A DNA stretch of 25,360 nucleotides from assembly GCA_050178385.1 (NCBI GenBank), contig JBFXGD010000036.1:1-25360 (forward strand). The letters run 5' to 3'. Each line of letters begins with the position of its first letter. Positions within the stretch are counted from its first letter, which is position 1. Of the stretch, positions 16,529 through 25,360 are shown one piece after another. A program made the position numbers and the translations under genes. This DNA is from Calditrichaceae bacterium (GTDB lineage Bacteria; Calditrichota; Calditrichia; Calditrichales; JBFXGD01). Below the pieces are notes generated by a model. That model was not told the origin of the DNA. It saw only the letters and a program-made list of their open reading frames with translations, and made no database searches.

Positions 16529-19500
16529 ATGAAAAAATTTTCTACAATCTTTCTGTTGTTTTTATTGACCGGTAATCTTTTCGCGACGGATAAAGGCGGA
16601 ACTATCAATGGAGAGCGATGGAGTGTTGACGATTCACCTATTCATATCATAAATAATATTACGGTGATAAATCTGACCATTGATCCGGGAGTTACCATAC
16701 TATTTGACGGCAATTATGCTTTTAATGTTACGGGATTTTTTAAAGCTGTCGGAACCGCTGAAGATTCGATCATTTTTAATAGCGATCCGTCAAATTCATC
16801 CGGCTGGACCGGTTTAAATTTTAATTCTTCTTATACGGGTTCTGAAGTGGCGTTCTGCAGTATTCAGAATGGTAACAATTTTGGCATTCAAACAGAGGCG
16901 GATATCGACCTGACCATCAGGAATTCGAATATTTCCAATAATGATGGCAAAGGGGTCTATATTAAGGGGATGACAACAAATCTGTTCAAATGCACCATCG
17001 CGAATAATGTCAGTGATGGGGTAATTGTAGACAATCAGGGTGACGCGGAGATTTCTAATTGTATCATATCGAACAATAATAACGGAATCTATTCAAATAA
17101 TGCGGCCGTCAATATTAAAAATAGCGTTATTTCGTATAATTCTATTGGACTTTACAATTCCAGTGGTAGTGATATCGTTGATGTGTTCAATTCTACCATT
17201 GTTAATAACGCAGTGTATGGTATTTATACGACCGGCGGCGCTGTGAGCGTAAAAAATTCTATCATATATTATAACAATAATTCGCAAATCAGTAACTTTT
17301 TACTTACCACTCCCGCTACGGTTACATACAGCGCGGTCCAGGGCGGTTATACCGGTATGGGAAATATAGGCGACGGCAACGAAGATCCGAATTTTGAAGA
17401 CACGCAAACTTTCAGATTGCTGGAAAATTCATTCTGCATCGATGCAGGTGATCCGGATATTTCTTACTATGATCTTTATTTCCCGCCATCTCATAAAACG
17501 GCAATTAATGATATGGGAGCATACGGTGGTCCGGATGCCGGCTTTTGGTATGAACCCCTATTTGTAACAAGAGAATCTGTTGACTTCGGTAAGGTCCGCC
17601 GGGACAGTACAAAGACTGAAACCGTGACCGTAAAAAATTATGGTGATTCCCTCCTGACAGTTCCATCTGTAATAGTCTCAGGGGTGGATTCACTGAACTT
17701 TTCACTGAATATTAACCCATTTTCTTTAAATCCCCGGGATAGTCTGGTGGTCAGTATTGATTTTACACCGGACGCGACAAAGTCTTATTCAGCAAACCTG
17801 GACTTTTTAAGCAACAGCGGAAAATCTTCGATACCACTTAGCGGTGTCGGTGTGATTCCACAAATTCATGTGGCACAAAATTTAATCCTGTTTGGCGAAA
17901 TTGCAGCCGGTGATTCAGGGGCTGAACAAATAAGCATCTTCAATATCGGTCAGGATACGTTAGAAATAAGCAACATCGCGGCAAATCTAGCCGCATTCAG
18001 TTCGGACACAACATCCGGGACGATTGCCCCCGGTGGGCTATTGAATATACATGTTATATTTATGCCTGATAATTATGGAAACTATGACGGCATATTATCC
18101 ATATACAGCAACGATCCGGACCGCAGCCGGCTGGATGTGACATTGAGAGGAACAGGATTAGCCCCAAATATTGCAGTTACTCCGGATTCAGTCAAATTTG
18201 GGAATATTGCTGTGAATGACAGTTTACAATTGTCCTCTTTCGTACAAAATTCCGGTAATTATACATTAAGAGTTGATTCCATCGGGTTAACTGGACCGGA
18301 TGCTGATCATTTTACGATACTCAATAATCCGGCTCCGTTCATGATATTAGAAAGCGGCCAGGATATTGAAGTTCAGGTTAAATTTTTGCCTGATACGATA
18401 AAAGAGTATTCGGGATCCCTTGAATTTTACAGCAATGATCCGGATCATCCTATGCAGTTAATTCAGGTTACCGGGACAGGAATCGCGCCATCCCTGACGA
18501 CAGACAGCGATAGTCTGATCTTTGGAAATATTGTAGTGGACAGAGATTCTATGATGTCTGTATCTATCACTAACGAAGGTAATACCTCTCTTGTCGTCGA
18601 GAGTACAAATGTTACCGGCGCCAATCCGGATGATTATACAATCGTTAGCGGTGAAGGACCTTTTACACTTGAGTCCGATAATCCTGCGCATCAGATAGTT
18701 ATCAATTTTCATCCGGTTGCCGAAGGATTAAAAAAGGCTCAGCTAGACATAAACAGCAATGATCCGTTCAAGCCTGTTGCCACTATCACTTTTGAAGGTA
18801 TGGCTCTCCGGCCGGATATTTCAGTGGCGCCGGATTCCCTGGATTTTGGCACGATTGAACTTCGCAGAGACTCGGTTATGACGGTCACCGTCAGCAACAT
18901 CGGGGCAAATGATCTTGAAATACTGGCTACGGAACTTGAGGGCGAAGATGCAGGGGACTTTTCATTTGTTAGCGGTGAAGGGGCATTTAGTCTGCCTGTG
19001 GGAAGTGATCCGCATCAGCTATTGCTCCGGTTTGCGCCGGCTGAAGACGGGGAGAAGGAAGCGGTATTAAAAATTACCAGTAATGATCATATCCTGGAAA
19101 CAATACGATTACCGCTCAATGGCCGGGCCGTTGCTCCGGCAATGGTGATTGATACTCTGGAACTTCATTTCGGTACCATCCCCATTGATTCAGACACGAC
19201 GCTTAACCTGATAATCACCAACACGGGGTCTGCCGATTTGTTTATTGACAGTACCATTATCTCCGGTCTCGCAGAGAGTGAATATTCGATCATACAGGGT
19301 CTGGCGCCTTTCTCGGTTCAAAAGAATAATGGAACGGATACAATTGCGGTTAAATTTAGTCCTGTTAACGGCGGTGAACGTCTCGCGAATCTTACGATTG
19401 TAACAAATGATCCTGAGAATACAAGGGTTAACGTTCTGTTGAATGGGAAATCATTCGCTGTCGGTCAATCTTTAATCGTATCTGACCATAATGGAGAAAT

Positions 19501-21385
19501 CAATTTTGGAGATGTTCTGATCAGTTTGGTAAATACTCAGGAAGTAAACATATCAAACTATGGAACCAATGATCTTGAGATTGACAGCGTTCGATTCAGC
19601 GGACCGGATAAGGCTGAATTTTTATTGGATGAACAGACTTTTCCAATTGTTCTGACAATGGATGACGATCCGCGAAATTTTAAGATACATTTTTCGCCCC
19701 TTACGGCGGGACAAAAAACGGCAGATCTTTTGATATACAGTAACGATACAGCCCATAATCCCTTCGCAATTCCGCTCTCAGGATCGGGAAAAGTCGATGA
19801 GACCCCTGCAAATTTTGTTTTTAATCCGGCTTCAGTCTTGTTGACTACGGACAGTTCATATACTTTTCAAATTAGTATTACTGATGACGAAACCGAAATC
19901 GAATCAGTGGATTTGTGTTTCCGCAGGGGCGGTGAATCCAATTATCAACGGTTATCGCTAACCGAATCAACCCAGGATACCTGGTCCGCGCGGATTGATG
20001 GACAATATATAACATCCAGGGGTCTGGAATATTATTTTGAAGCCGTTCACGGCGGAGGAAAAAGCACCTATCCGGAAAATGGTTCAGAAAATCCGGCGAT
20101 CGCTATTGTTTCCATACCGGCAATGAATTTTACGGACCTTACTCTGCAAAATACTTATCAAAAGATTTCATTTCCGGCCAACACCGGCGGTAAGATGCTA
20201 AAAGATTTACTCCTGGATGATCTTGGTGAGTACGATAATTCAAAATACAGATTGTTTGACTGGGATCAATCAAGTGAATCATTTGTTGAATTAACCGATA
20301 TGAACAAAATTATTCAGTCCGGTAAGGCCCTTTGGCTGATCACAAAAGAAGCGACCCAACTCGATCTTGAAAACTGCAGCTCATCAAACACGGGTAACGA
20401 TTATTCAATTACGCTCAAAAAAGGGTGGAATATGATCGGTAATCCGTTCGCTTTCCGGGTTGAGTGGGCGGCCATAAATACCTCAGCGATTCAGGGCGGG
20501 ACACTCAACTATTTTAATGGGAGCGGGTGGGAAGCCGCCTCAGATCTTCAGCCGTTCAAAGGATACGCGGTTTACGCCCTGAATGATACGGTGTTAAATA
20601 TTCCCGCTGTTGAAGCCGCGGTTTCGAAAGCAAAAACAAATCAGGTTGAAACCGTCAGGAACGAATGGCATTTTCAGGTAAAAGCCGCCAAAGGTAAATA
20701 CAAGGATGAATACAATTACGCCGGAGCGCGCTCGGGAGCATTGGATGAGAGAGACCGATTGGATATCCTGGAACCCCCTGTGATTGGTGATTATGTCTCT
20801 CTGTATTTCGAATCGGTAAACGAAAATGATTCAGGTAAATTCGCGGGAGATTTCAGGAGGCCTGATGAAGAGGGATATTCATTTGATTTCCGGTTGGTCA
20901 GTAACTTTTCAGGGACGACCGAAATAACAGTTGATCCCGTTAATCTGCCGGAATATTACGAATGGATATTGGTTTCGCCCGAATCAAAAATTATTTATCC
21001 GAACGGAATAATTCAGACCGATCGGCCAGAGAAGAATTACCGCCTTGTGGTGGGTACAAAATCATATTTAGACGGTGCGACAGCCGATTTTCTGGAGTTG
21101 CCGGTCAATTTTAAACTGAGTCAGAACTATCCGAATCCCTTTAATCCGGAAACCAGCATCAGGTATGAAATGCCCGGGGAAGGGATGGTATCTGTTGATA
21201 TTTATGATATACTTGGCCGGCGTGTAAAGAACATTTATGCCAATGAATTTAAAGAAGCGGGCTATCATAAGATTATCTGGGACGGCAGTAACAATACAGG
21301 GCAAAAAGTCGCGAGCGGTATTTATTTTCTGCATTTGAAGAGCGGACAATACTCAAAAACGATAAAGATGATATTACAGAGATAG
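16529..21385 (+). CDS. Large secreted surface protein: right-handed beta-helix + 7 choice-of-anchor-D/ASH-like Ig domains + T9SS type A/FlgD-like C-terminal domain
   Basis: Signal peptide MKKFSTIFLLFLLTGNLFA (alternative start 16517). Parallel beta-helix repeats (I.N..IS.N..G) and CIDAGDP...DMGAYGG. Seven ~105-aa repeats (P.I.V....LDFG.......I.N.G...L.I....F.P...G.....L.I.SNDP....L.G.G). C-terminus FKLSQNYPNPFNPETSIRY...IYDILGRRV...WDG.N..G..VASGIYF..L.....KM. Confidence 0.9.
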   Translation: MKKFSTIFLLFLLTGNLFATDKGGTINGERWSVDDSPIHIINNITVINLTIDPGVTILFDGNYAFNVTGFFKAVGTAEDSIIFNSDPSNSSGWTGLNFNSSYTGSEVAFCSIQNGNNFGIQTEADIDLTIRNSNISNNDGKGVYIKGMTTNLFKCTIANNVSDGVIVDNQGDAEISNCIISNNNNGIYSNNAAVNIKNSVISYNSIGLYNSSGSDIVDVFNSTIVNNAVYGIYTTGGAVSVKNSIIYYNNNSQISNFLLTTPATVTYSAVQGGYTGMGNIGDGNEDPNFEDTQTFRLLENSFCIDAGDPDISYYDLYFPPSHKTAINDMGAYGGPDAGFWYEPLFVTRESVDFGKVRRDSTKTETVTVKNYGDSLLTVPSVIVSGVDSLNFSLNINPFSLNPRDSLVVSIDFTPDATKSYSANLDFLSNSGKSSIPLSGVGVIPQIHVAQNLILFGEIAAGDSGAEQISIFNIGQDTLEISNIAANLAAFSSDTTSGTIAPGGLLNIHVIFMPDNYGNYDGILSIYSNDPDRSRLDVTLRGTGLAPNIAVTPDSVKFGNIAVNDSLQLSSFVQNSGNYTLRVDSIGLTGPDADHFTILNNPAPFMILESGQDIEVQVKFLPDTIKEYSGSLEFYSNDPDHPMQLIQVTGTGIAPSLTTDSDSLIFGNIVVDRDSMMSVSITNEGNTSLVVESTNVTGANPDDYTIVSGEGPFTLESDNPAHQIVINFHPVAEGLKKAQLDINSNDPFKPVATITFEGMALRPDISVAPDSLDFGTIELRRDSVMTVTVSNIGANDLEILATELEGEDAGDFSFVSGEGAFSLPVGSDPHQLLLRFAPAEDGEKEAVLKITSNDHILETIRLPLNGRAVAPAMVIDTLELHFGTIPIDSDTTLNLIITNTGSADLFIDSTIISGLAESEYSIIQGLAPFSVQKNNGTDTIAVKFSPVNGGERLANLTIVTNDPENTRVNVLLNGKSFAVGQSLIVSDHNGEINFGDVLISLVNTQEVNISNYGTNDLEIDSVRFSGPDKAEFLLDEQTFPIVLTMDDDPRNFKIHFSPLTAGQKTADLLIYSNDTAHNPFAIPLSGSGKVDETPANFVFNPASVLLTTDSSYTFQISITDDETEIESVDLCFRRGGESNYQRLSLTESTQDTWSARIDGQYITSRGLEYYFEAVHGGGKSTYPENGSENPAIAIVSIPAMNFTDLTLQNTYQKISFPANTGGKMLKDLLLDDLGEYDNSKYRLFDWDQSSESFVELTDMNKIIQSGKALWLITKEATQLDLENCSSSNTGNDYSITLKKGWNMIGNPFAFRVEWAAINTSAIQGGTLNYFNGSGWEAASDLQPFKGYAVYALNDTVLNIPAVEAAVSKAKTNQVETVRNEWHFQVKAAKGKYKDEYNYAGARSGALDERDRLDILEPPVIGDYVSLYFESVNENDSGKFAGDFRRPDEEGYSFDFRLVSNFSGTTEITVDPVNLPEYYEWILVSPESKIIYPNGIIQTDRPEKNYRLVVGTKSYLDGATADFLELPVNFKLSQNYPNPFNPETSIRYEMPGEGMVSVDIYDILGRRVKNIYANEFKEAGYHKIIWDGSNNTGQKVASGIYFLHLKSGQYSKTIKMILQR

Positions 21386-21481
21386 GCCGATAAGGAAATC
21401 TATTTAATCTATTACAGGGATGAATCTACTGTGTTTAAAAGAACAAATTGATCTGAAACCGGTGAATCTGGGGAAAAATTA

Positions 21482-24181
21482 ATGGCATTGTTTTCAGACG
21501 GCATCTTCCATAAAAAGGCTGGTTTATCAATAAACATCGGACTGATATCCATATTTTTGTTTTTGCTGGCATTTTTCTTTTTAAATTTAAGCTTCGTTTC
21601 TTCTTCAGTCAGAAATCTGTTGTTTATCGCATACGCGCTTCTGGGAATTCTTTCCGCCGCCGTTTATTTACTATCAACCGGCCGATATGGTAAGATTGGT
21701 GAGCAAGCCGTTCAGGCAGTTTTTCTTGTTCTTGCGGGAGGAGTACTTTCATTTCTAAATATCAGAGTACCTGTCGATAATGCTGTATTTTACCAAAGCG
21801 GTTTGATGATTCTGATTCTTTCAGGATATTTGCTGTTCCGTTTCAGGAGAAAAACAGCCACAGCAGCCGGCTGGCTGATCTTTATCGTGTACAATTTTAT
21901 GAATATTGGTCATAGTGGTATTCATATGGCCTCTGTTGTATATGCGAATTTCTTTCTGGTTGTTGCCAATCTGGTGGGGATGTATGTCAGATATTTCAGG
22001 TGGGGACCCGAAAAAGGAAACATTGCAACTTCCCCATTGGATGAAAATGATGATATTACAAAAATAGACACATCTTCTCAGTTGTCAGATCTGAATCACG
22101 AACTCGCGCTGACAAAATCGACAATGCAGGTAGAACGTCTTATCAGCTCGTTAGCGATGCGGTTTATAGCGCTTCCTCCCGAAAAAATAGAGGATATGAT
22201 CCGGAAGAGCCTGAATTTATTGGCGGGATTTACAAGCGCCGACCGCGCCTATATTTATGTTTTTCGTAACCATGGAACTGATCTGGAAATAGCTTACGAA
22301 TGGTGCGGTGAAGAAATTAATCCCAAAATCAACAGGCATGAACGCGTAAACAGTGATGACTTCAGCTGGTTTATAAATACGCTTAAGAGTGATGGTAAAA
22401 TACAGTTTTCCGGTATAAATGAATTGCCGCCGGCCGCAAGCACGGTAAGGGCTATTTTTAGCGTGGAAGGTATTAAATCCTTGATCATCGCGCCCATCAT
22501 CTCAAAAAAAACGCTGATCGGTCTGGTTGGTATTGATTCAGTAAAAGAAGAAAAGAGATGGCCCCAGACCACCATCCATCTGGTAAAAAACGCCGGTCGT
22601 CTGTTTGATGGCGTGCTGGAACGCAAAAAGGTGAATGACAAAAGAAAACGGACTGAGGAAAGGCTGCGAACGTTGTTTGAGCGTTCTGAGGATGTTGTCT
22701 TCATCAGTACGCCGGAAGGTAAAATAATTGATATTAATCCTTCCGGTGCGCGTATGTTTGGCTATTCGTCCATTGAAGAACTCATGCAGGTTAATATTTC
22801 GAAGCAATTGTATCTTGATCCGGAACAAAGAAAACAATACCACAGAATGTTGGAAAAAAATGGTCATGTGCGGGATTTTGAATTGACCTTGAAAACAAAG
22901 GACGGTCAAAAATTAGTAGTTCTTGAGACCACAACCGCTGTAAAAGACGAAACCGGAAATATTGTGGCGTACGAGGGGATTATGCGGGATGTGACAGAAA
23001 GGAAAAAACTCGAACAGCAGCTTCTGCAGGCACAAAAAATGGAATCGATAGGCCTTCTTGCCGGCGGGGTGGCGCATGATTTTAATAATATTCTGACGGC
23101 GATTAACGGGTATGCCGATATGATGCTGATGAAAATGGATCCGACAAATCCGGCTTATTCTGATTTGATGAATATCGTCAGAGGCGGTAAACGGGCAGAA
23201 AGGCTCACAAGGCAGCTTCTGGCATTCAGCAGAAAACAGGTTATAGAGCCAAGAATTATAGATATAAATAAATTGATTTTGGATCTGGATAGTATGCTGA
23301 GAAGGTTAATCGGCGAAGACATTCAAATTGAGACATGTTTAAATGAAGAACTTGCTCATATAAAAGCTGATCCGGGGCAGATCGAGCAAATTTTAGTAAA
23401 CTTGGTGATAAACGCCACTTATGCGATTAACCAAAATAAAACGCCAAATGCGGATAAAAAAATAACAATTGGCACAGAGCTGATTAATTTAGATGATGCT
23501 TTTGTAAGGATGCATCCGGGCAGTAAGAAAGGTGCTCATGTTGTAATTTCCGTGAGTGACACGGGTGTGGGCATGGATGAAGAAACAAAAAACAAAATAT
23601 TTGAACCATTTTTTACTACAAAGCAAAAAAACAAAGGAACAGGGTTGGGGCTTTCCACTGTTTACGGGATAGTAAAACAAAATGACGGCAGTGTTTATGT
23701 GGAGAGTGAAGCCGGAAAGGGTTCGGTCTTTAAAATTTACTGGCAAGCGACCGATATGGAGGCGAGTCCTGATACATTTTACGAGATTAGTGATTCAAAA
23801 TCCGCAGTGACTGAAACCATTCTTGTGGTGGAAGATGATGAAGATGTCCGCGATCTGGCCTGTTCTTACTTAAAAATTCTGGGATACAATGTAATGGAAG
23901 CGCAGAATGGAGTCAAAGCGCTTGATATGATGCGGGATAATGATCCTGATACAAGGGTGGATCTACTCTTTTCGGATATTGTGATGCCGGAAATGGGTGG
24001 AGAAGAGCTGGCAAAAAAAATAAAAGCGATGATCCCGACTATTAAAATAATTTTGACATCAGGATATACGGACAGTCAAATGCTTCATGGCGAAACTTTA
24101 AAAAAAGGAATAAGTTTTCTCTCGAAGCCATATACCATTGAAGATATGAAGAAAAAAATCCGCTCCGTGCTGGATAATTAG
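21482..24181 (+). CDS. Membrane hybrid sensor histidine kinase/response regulator (TM-GAF-PAS-HisKA-HATPase-REC)
   Basis: About 5-6 N-terminal TM helices, GAF (ADRAYIYVF...LIGLVGID), PAS (INPSGARMFGY...RDVTERK), H-box AGGVAHDFNNILT, N-box QILVNLVINA, G-boxes DTGVGM and FEPFFTTK...GTGLGL, receiver VEDD...DIVMP...KP. Confidence 0.95.
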   Translation: MALFSDGIFHKKAGLSINIGLISIFLFLLAFFFLNLSFVSSSVRNLLFIAYALLGILSAAVYLLSTGRYGKIGEQAVQAVFLVLAGGVLSFLNIRVPVDNAVFYQSGLMILILSGYLLFRFRRKTATAAGWLIFIVYNFMNIGHSGIHMASVVYANFFLVVANLVGMYVRYFRWGPEKGNIATSPLDENDDITKIDTSSQLSDLNHELALTKSTMQVERLISSLAMRFIALPPEKIEDMIRKSLNLLAGFTSADRAYIYVFRNHGTDLEIAYEWCGEEINPKINRHERVNSDDFSWFINTLKSDGKIQFSGINELPPAASTVRAIFSVEGIKSLIIAPIISKKTLIGLVGIDSVKEEKRWPQTTIHLVKNAGRLFDGVLERKKVNDKRKRTEERLRTLFERSEDVVFISTPEGKIIDINPSGARMFGYSSIEELMQVNISKQLYLDPEQRKQYHRMLEKNGHVRDFELTLKTKDGQKLVVLETTTAVKDETGNIVAYEGIMRDVTERKKLEQQLLQAQKMESIGLLAGGVAHDFNNILTAINGYADMMLMKMDPTNPAYSDLMNIVRGGKRAERLTRQLLAFSRKQVIEPRIIDINKLILDLDSMLRRLIGEDIQIETCLNEELAHIKADPGQIEQILVNLVINATYAINQNKTPNADKKITIGTELINLDDAFVRMHPGSKKGAHVVISVSDTGVGMDEETKNKIFEPFFTTKQKNKGTGLGLSTVYGIVKQNDGSVYVESEAGKGSVFKIYWQATDMEASPDTFYEISDSKSAVTETILVVEDDEDVRDLACSYLKILGYNVMEAQNGVKALDMMRDNDPDTRVDLLFSDIVMPEMGGEELAKKIKAMIPTIKIILTSGYTDSQMLHGETLKKGISFLSKPYTIEDMKKKIRSVLDN

Positions 24182-24192
24182 AGCGGCTTTTT
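24160..24192 (+). terminator. Weak candidate intrinsic terminator overlapping the histidine kinase stop codon
   Basis: CCGCTC (24160-24165) pairs with GAGCGG (24181-24186), followed by CTTTTT. The 15-nt loop is atypically large. Confidence 0.25.
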
Positions 24193-24255
24193 TGGACATA
24201 TATTAATTGGGGAGTTCAATATTTTTGTTATTTGTTAGATAAATTTTTAAATCGA

Positions 24256-24284
24256 TTGACATCCTGCCCGTTTGCATTTATACT
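24256..24284 (+). promoter_or_regulatory. Near-consensus sigma70 promoter upstream of the ABC ATPase
   Basis: TTGACA (24256-24261)-17 bp-TATACT (24279-24284). Confidence 0.7.
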
Positions 24285-24494
24285 TTTATTAGTCATTTTG
24301 TAAAGTATTTTTTTAATCCTTCCGACTGCTCTGCCTTACTGAATTATTTATTGGCCATTTGGCTTATATATTATGGTCTTTTGTATTTGACTTGAGGGAA
24401 CTGTTTGTTCTTTATGGATCTTTTTAGATAGAGAGTCCTGTGTAAATTGGAATAAACAAAATCTATTCATAACCCTGCAAGGGAGGCAATATAT

Positions 24495-24551
24495 TTGTCA
24501 TCGTCAATGACGGATAAAATACCAATAAGCTCTGAAGTAGAACTGGGTTAG
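24495..24551 (+). CDS. Candidate 18-aa leader/small peptide (M)SSSMTDKIPISSEVELG
   Basis: Strong SD AAGGGAGG 8 nt before TTG 24495. Ends in tandem in-frame stops TAG-TAA-TAA. Confidence 0.3.
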   Translation: MSSSMTDKIPISSEVELG

Positions 24552-24571
24552 TAATAAACAAGTGAGTTAAA

Positions 24572-25333
24572 ATGATAAATGTGAAAAACATATTTAAAAC
24601 TTACGATGACAAGACGTTTGCTCTTGAAGATGTAAGTTTTAATCTTGAACAAGGTCAAATAGTATCTGTTTTAGGTCATAATGGAGCAGGGAAATCCACG
24701 CTTCTTAAAATTATTGCAACTGTACTGGCTCCGACACAGGGGGAAGTTCATTTTGATTCTATTTGTCTGACAAAAGCAAATCAAAACCAATTAAGAAATA
24801 TAAAAAGAACTATTGGTTTTCTTACAGAAGATCCGAATCTTTTTGATAATTTTACACCATTCGAGTATTTAACCTATTTGGGGCAGCTATATGGCATCAA
24901 CGATGATACAATACTAAAAACTAAGATTAACGATTTATTCATCTTATTTAATATTGATAAAGGTGAAACAAAATTTATTAACAAATATTCTTCTGGTTTG
25001 AAGAAAAGAATAGCTCTAGCGGGGGTTATGATCAACGAACCAAAGTTGGTTATATTGGATGAACCCACAAACAATCTTGACCCGGTTGGCGTCAAACTAT
25101 TTATACAATTGATGCAAAATATTAAATCAAAAGGCACTTCTGTTATTCTTGCTACACATCAGCTTGAAATTGCAGAAAGAATTTCCGATGTGATTGTTGT
25201 GATCGATCATGGTAGAATTATATTTAAGGGTACTTTATCTTTACTGGAAAATATGTTTAATAAAATAAAAACAAATAAATCACTTGAAAATTTGTATACA
25301 CTATTAGTAGAGGATGAAGCATTTGTTGAATGA
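24572..25333 (+). CDS. ABC transporter ATP-binding protein (ABC-2/CcmA-like exporter type)
   Basis: Walker A GHNGAGKST, signature YSSGLKKR, Walker B ILDEPT, and H-loop ATH. No permease lies within the window. Confidence 0.93.
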   Translation: MINVKNIFKTYDDKTFALEDVSFNLEQGQIVSVLGHNGAGKSTLLKIIATVLAPTQGEVHFDSICLTKANQNQLRNIKRTIGFLTEDPNLFDNFTPFEYLTYLGQLYGINDDTILKTKINDLFILFNIDKGETKFINKYSSGLKKRIALAGVMINEPKLVILDEPTNNLDPVGVKLFIQLMQNIKSKGTSVILATHQLEIAERISDVIVVIDHGRIIFKGTLSLLENMFNKIKTNKSLENLYTLLVEDEAFVE

Positions 25334-25360
25334 AACTACAAAAAGTGTAATAATATTATA

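Noticed and set aside
17557..19795. Repeats in the large gene as a DNA repeat array, CRISPR or diversity-generating target
   Set aside because: The repeats are apparent at the protein level only. There are no identical direct repeats with spacers and no reverse transcriptase or cas gene in the window.
24470..24520. CCCT-GCAA-GGGAGGCAA, resembling a c-di-GMP-I riboswitch
   Set aside because: It lacks the GGCAAAC/GAAA P2 arrangement and the second stem with the tetraloop receptor.

Overview
Bacterial chromosomal window, mostly + strand, with no rRNA, tRNA, CRISPR array, transposase or integrase recognised. Left to right: two tandem DUF3857/transglutaminase-like proteins (the first truncated by the window edge), nagB, single-chain purL, a PfkB kinase, a convergent membrane hexapeptide-repeat acyltransferase-like gene, a GNAT, a hotdog thioesterase, a second GNAT with an extra N-terminal domain, a 70-aa EERAAI-motif protein, an alpha/beta hydrolase, a membrane Ser/Thr kinase with six PEGA-like repeats, a secreted TPR-like protein, a 1.6-kaa surface protein, a GAF-PAS hybrid histidine kinase and an AT-rich ABC ATPase. 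The surface protein has a beta-helix, seven choice-of-anchor-D/ASH-like domains and a T9SS-A/FlgD-like C-terminus. That C-terminal domain, together with Shine-Dalgarno RBSs and E. coli-like sigma70 promoters, suggests a non-Bacteroidia FCB-group organism such as Calditrichota or KSB1 (inference only). The best candidates for undescribed biology are (i) the kinase-PEGA / TPR / giant surface protein module, (ii) the 70-aa gene with a perfect sigma70 promoter and a LexA-like GTAC-N4-GTAC palindrome at its start site, and (iii) unannotated small ORFs and structured RNAs in the intergenic regions. All family assignments come from recognising motifs by eye, not from database searches.
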